Source: Candidatus Moanibacter sp.
GTDB lineage: Bacteria; Verrucomicrobiota; Verrucomicrobiia; Opitutales; UBA2987
Reading direction: 5' to 3'
NCBI GenBank assembly: GCA_965215885.1
Contig: CBDCEW010000084.1
Span: forward strand, 12,361-76,360
Length of the DNA: 64,000 bases
Shown here: in pieces, positions 61,609 to 64,000 of the stretch
Layout of the letters: every line of letters starts with the position of its first letter
How positions within the stretch are numbered: position 1 is the first letter of the stretch
The notes under the pieces: model-generated
Databases searched by the model: none
What the model saw: the letters and a program-made list of their open reading frames with translations, nothing else
What the model was told of the DNA's origin: nothing
Made by a program: the position numbers and the translations under genes

Positions 61609-62763
61609 TCACACCCGCGGAAACTTCGTCCACTTCTGCTTCGATGCGGCCGATTTGACACAGGTTTCGATGAATGCCATGCCGTAGACACCGTCGTGGA
61701 CGTCGGGGAAGTCGTGCTTTTTGACCTTTCTCCCCGACACCTCTTCGCCGATGGACTTTGCCGCTTCGACGTAAACATTGGCAAAGGCCTCGATAAATGC
61801 TTCGGGATGTCCAAAGGGGAGACGGGTATGATCGGTTGCCGCCTTGCTAAGATAGGGATTTCCTCGGCGATATATCTGGCGCGGCTTATCGGGATATCTT
61901 ACGGCAAGTTCGTTGGGGTGTTCCTGGTGCCACTCGAGTGAAGCCTTTGTTCCGTAAACTCGAATATTCAGGTTGTTCTCTTCACCGATCGAAATTTGGG
62001 AAGCGTAGATGATTCCTTTGGCGCCACCCTTGTAGCGCACGAGGATATTGCCGTCATCTTCGAGCTTTCGCCCCTTAACAAAAGTGGTGAAGTCCGCGCA
62101 GAGCGAATCGATTTCCAGATCCGTGATGTAACGTGCAAGATTCTCCGCATGCGTTCCGATGTCACCGATGCAGCCGGCGGCCCCAGAGCGCTTCGGGTCG
62201 GTGCGCCAGACCGCCTGTTTCGCCCCGGTTCCCTCGACGTAATCGCTGAGCCAGCCCTGTGGATATTCCGAGACGACTTTGCGAATCGTGCCTAGAGTTC
62301 CCTTTTTGACCAAAGCCCTCGCTTCCTTGACCATCGGATAGCCGGTGTAATTGTGGGTGAGGGCGAACACTTTTCCGCTCTTCCTGACCAGACTGCGCAA
62401 TTGCTTCGCTTGTGCCAGAGAAAATGTCATTGGCTTATCGCAGACGACGTTGAACCCGGCTTTCAGAAAGGTCACTGCAATCGGATAATGCATATGATTC
62501 GGCGTAACGATCGTGACGAAGTCGATCCGCTCGTTGTTGGGAAGCGCGGCCTCATTTTTCGCCATCGACTCGAAACTGCCGTAGACTCGCTTAGGATTGA
62601 GCATGAGGTCGCTACCGGAGAGCTTCGATTTTTTCGCATCGGCCGAAAATGCTCCAGCTACGAGATCAATCTTTCCGTCGAGGTTCGCTGCATGTCGGTG
62701 GACCGCTCCGATAAAGGCGTCGCGACCTCCCCCGACCATTCCCATTCTCAGTTTTCTTTTCAC
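61609..62763 (-). CDS. Gfo/Idh/MocA oxidoreductase
   Basis: Motifs [26 protein letters not shown] and GDIGTH. Confidence 0.92.
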   Translation of the reverse strand: MKRKLRMGMVGGGRDAFIGAVHRHAANLDGKIDLVAGAFSADAKKSKLSGSDLMLNPKRVYGSFESMAKNEAALPNNERIDFVTIVTPNHMHYPIAVTFLKAGFNVVCDKPMTFSLAQAKQLRSLVRKSGKVFALTHNYTGYPMVKEARALVKKGTLGTIRKVVSEYPQGWLSDYVEGTGAKQAVWRTDPKRSGAAGCIGDIGTHAENLARYITDLEIDSLCADFTTFVKGRKLEDDGNILVRYKGGAKGIIYASQISIGEENNLNIRVYGTKASLEWHQEHPNELAVRYPDKPRQIYRRGNPYLSKAATDHTRLPFGHPEAFIEAFANVYVEAAKSIGEEVSGRKVKKHDFPDVHDGVYGMAFIETCVKSAASKQKWTKFPRV

Positions 62764-63794
62764 TTTTCAAAGGCCGCGTCAAAGGCGACCGAACTGGGCG
62801 GAAAATCCAACTGGCGGGTGTATTCCGCTGATTCCTGTGCTCCATGAAACCGGTTCATACGGCTATCCTCCCATTCGATAGAGAGCGGCCCGGCGTATTC
62901 GATGTCGTTCAGAGCGACAATTATCTCCTCAAAGTTTATGTCTCCGTGACCGAGGGACCGAAAGTCCCAAAAGCGACGAGGATCCGCGAAGTCGGTGTGA
63001 CCGCCGAATACTCCGACGGTCCCGTCTCCGTGACCCCACCAGACGTCTTTCATATGGACGTGGAAGATACGGTCCGCGAGTCTCCGGAGGAAGCTGACGT
63101 AATCGACGCCCTGGTAGCCGAGGTGTGAGGGGTCGTAATTGAATCCGAATCGCCGGTGATACTTCACCGCGGCGAGAGCGCGTTCCGACGAAGCGATATC
63201 AAATGCGATCTCCGTTGGGTGCACTTCCAGCCCGAAATTCACCCCTACCTTGTCAAATTCATCGAGGATTGGCACCCAGCGTTTGGCGAAGTCCGCGAAA
63301 CCTTTCTCAAGGTAGGTCTGATCGGTGGGGGGAAAAGCGTAAACTGCGTGCCAGATGCTGGAGCCGGAAAATCCGTTTACAACACCTGGAAACGAATCCT
63401 TTGGTTTCGATCCAGGCTTGAGGTCGAGAAAGTTGCGATACGCCTTGGCTGTCTTAATCATTTTCCGAGCCGCTCTTTTGCGCACGTTCTCGGGTTTACC
63501 GTCGCCCCAGACGTCCTCCGGAAGAATGGCCTTATGGCGCTCGTCGATATTGTCACAAACCGCCTGACCGACCAGATGGTTGGAGACGGAATAACAGGTA
63601 AGGCCGTGGTCGAGGAGAATTTCCCAGCGCTCCCTGCAGTACTTCTTGCTTCGGGCAGCCTGGTCGACGTCGAAGTGGTCTCCCCAGCAGGCCAGTTCGA
63701 GTCCGTCATATCCCATCTCCTTGGCCTGGCCGGCGAGATCGCTGAGAGTGAGGTCAGCCCATTGTCCGGTAAATAATGTTACGGCTCTTGACAT
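62760..63794 (-). CDS. sugar phosphate isomerase/epimerase (IolE/xylose-isomerase-like TIM barrel)
   Basis: Motifs [26 protein letters not shown] and SIEWED. Confidence 0.92.
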   Translation of the reverse strand: MSRAVTLFTGQWADLTLSDLAGQAKEMGYDGLELACWGDHFDVDQAARSKKYCRERWEILLDHGLTCYSVSNHLVGQAVCDNIDERHKAILPEDVWGDGKPENVRKRAARKMIKTAKAYRNFLDLKPGSKPKDSFPGVVNGFSGSSIWHAVYAFPPTDQTYLEKGFADFAKRWVPILDEFDKVGVNFGLEVHPTEIAFDIASSERALAAVKYHRRFGFNYDPSHLGYQGVDYVSFLRRLADRIFHVHMKDVWWGHGDGTVGVFGGHTDFADPRRFWDFRSLGHGDINFEEIIVALNDIEYAGPLSIEWEDSRMNRFHGAQESAEYTRQLDFPPSSVAFDAAFEK

Positions 63795-64000
63795 GACTTT
63801 TTTGGTTTCTCGGTTTTGAATTAGCCCCGCGCTGCTTTTGAGAATTCAGCGTTTTATGGGCATTTTGAAATCTCTACGCAAATCAAATATGCATTGCCGT
63901 TCTCTATCGGCGGAGTTGTTAAAATGGGTCAAAAGATCATTTTCTTACTCGAAATCGTTCTCGTAATCGCGCTCGAAACCCCATCAGAACCTGCTAAGCG

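Overview
About 64 kb of bacterial chromosome. Gene content and pilin type suggest Verrucomicrobiota (Opitutales-like), which is an inference. Housekeeping blocks include thrH, a hydroxyacid-oxoacid transhydrogenase, a TetR-regulated RND operon, a DsbD-like gene, glgP, mutL, argH, tyrA-aroA-cmk, xseA and a Gfo/IolE pair. They are interleaved with a decaying cell-surface region: a type IV pilin followed by several GT-C-type membrane glycosyltransferases, a DUF4956-CotH-VTC operon, and YfhO/ArnT pseudogenes. Mobile DNA includes two IS5/ISNCY-like copies, a DUF4338-fused ISAs1, an IS110, an IS4 remnant, a 98-bp MITE family, a PATE-like insert and REP-like palindromes. A 1364-bp inverted duplication carries thrH. 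The strongest signal is the IS110 (42292..43993). Its left non-coding end reads as a two-loop bridge RNA: one loop matches its own circle junction, and the other spells TTAGGAAT-CT-GTCGGA, the terminal repeat of the resident MITE family. This IS copy nevertheless sits in a site resembling its donor sequence, and a related MITE end carries a TATA insertion exactly at the predicted CT core. All family assignments come from motif recognition by eye, not database searches. Some frameshifts could be sequencing errors.
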